DNA from: Mobula birostris
Lineage: Eukaryota
Length of the DNA stretch: 64,000 bases
Reading direction: 5' to 3'
Assembly: GCF_030028105.1 (NCBI RefSeq)
Contig: NC_092372.1
Span: forward strand, 151,968,058-152,032,057
Part shown: piece by piece, positions 62,902 to 64,000 of the stretch
Layout: every line of letters begins with the position of its first letter
Position numbering within the stretch: the first letter of the stretch is position 1
The notes under the pieces: model-generated
What the model saw: only the letters and a program-made list of their open reading frames with translations
What the model was told of the DNA's origin: nothing
Database searches by the model: none
Made by a program: the position numbers and the translations under genes

Positions 62902-63742
62902 TATCCCTGTAAGCGGAACAAGTGCTACACATGCCCTTACACTTCCTCCCTTACCACCATTCAGGGCCCCAAACAGTCCTTCCAGGTGAGGCTACACTTC
63001 ACCTATGAGTCGGCTGGGGTGATATACTGCGTCCCGTGCTCCCGATGTGGCCTTCTATATATTGGCGAGACCTGATGCAGACTGGGAGACTGCTTTGCTG
63101 AACACCTACGCTTTGTCTACCAGAGAAAGCAGGATCTTCCAGTGGCCATGCATTTTAATTCCACATCCCATTCCCATTCTGACATGTCATCCACAGCATC
63201 CTCTATTGTAAAGATGAAGCCACACTCAGGTTGGAGGAACAACATCTTATATGCCGTCTGGGTAGCCTCCAACCTGATGGCATGAACATCAACTTCTCTA
63301 ACTTCCGCTAATGCCCCACCTCCCCCTCGTACCCCATCTGTTATTTATTTTTATACACACATTCTTTCTCTCTCTCTCCTTTTTCTCCCTCTGTCCCTCT
63401 GACTATACCCCTTGGCCATCCTCTGGGTTCCCCCCCACTTGTCTTTCTTCCCGGACCTCCTGTCCCATGATCCTCTCGTATCCCCTTTGCCAATCACCTG
63501 TCCAGCTCTTGGCTCTATCCCTCCCCCTCCTGTCTTCTCCTATCATTTTGGATCTCCCCCTCCCCCTCCCACTTTCAAATCTCTTACTAACTCTTCCTTC
63601 AGTTAGTCCTGACGAAGGGTCTCGGCCTGAAACGTCGACTGTACCTCTTCCTAGAGATGCTGCCTGGCCTGCTGCGTTCACCAGCAACTTTGATATGTGT
63701 TGCTTGAATTTCCAGCATCTGCAGAATTCCTGTTGTTTGCGT
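62902..63742 (+). mobile_element. Penelope-like retroelement 3' part (same young subfamily as 59812-60914)
   Basis: CYTCPYTSSLTTIQGPKQSFQVR...VIYC..CSRCGLLYIGET, and a tail nearly identical to 60480-60914. Confidence 0.92.
63605..63640 (+). ncRNA. Minimal type I hammerhead ribozyme motif (best copy)
   Basis: Stem I AGUC/GACU, CUGACGA at 63609-63615, stem II AGG/CCU, GAAA at 63629-63632, palindromic ACGU stem III, GUC cleavage site at 63636. Confidence 0.8.
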
Positions 63743-64000
63743 TTTTAAAATGTTAAGTGTGTGTCTTCAGTCCTTTGTACTACAGTACTTTCTTGATGGT
63801 AGCAATGAGAAAAGGGCATGCCCTAGATTGTGAGGGCCCTTCCTTGGGCACTGTCTTTTGAAGGTGTCCTCAGTGGTGGGGAGGGTTGTGGCCACAATGA
63901 AGTTGGCTGAGTCTACAACCATCTGTGGCTCTTCCCATCCTGTGCATTGAAGTCTCCACACCAGGCAGGGATGCAACCTGTCAGGATGCTCTCCAAGGTA

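Overview
Vertebrate genomic DNA, most likely a cartilaginous fish (inferred from the CR1/Penelope/Tc1 repeat content). It holds two complete spliced genes arranged tail-to-tail. BAG1 is on the + strand (7 coding exons, 8791-26986, 202 aa). FASTKD3 is on the - strand (6 coding exons, 46564-27609, 662 aa). A CpG-rich, probably bidirectional promoter sits at about 61.7-62.3 kb, the expected position of the FASTKD3/MTRR promoter. Most other listed ORFs are transposon debris (CR1, L2/Rex-type, L1, RTE, HERO/R2-type, Penelope-like, Tc1, hAT, Harbinger and Tigger-like). Main highlights: (1) a structured RNA element in the 3' UTR of a HERO/R2-type retrotransposon that has the hammerhead core motifs in reversed, pseudoknotted order plus a canonical kink-turn; (2) a CR1 tail inserted into the last BAG1 coding exon, cutting off the ancestral NFALAN C-terminus; (3) minimal hammerhead ribozymes in Penelope tails, three with intact cores; (4) a twin-primed L1 with a perfect 16-bp TSD; (5) a doubly inverted Penelope insertion. 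All assignments were made by eye; no database searches or folding programs were run.
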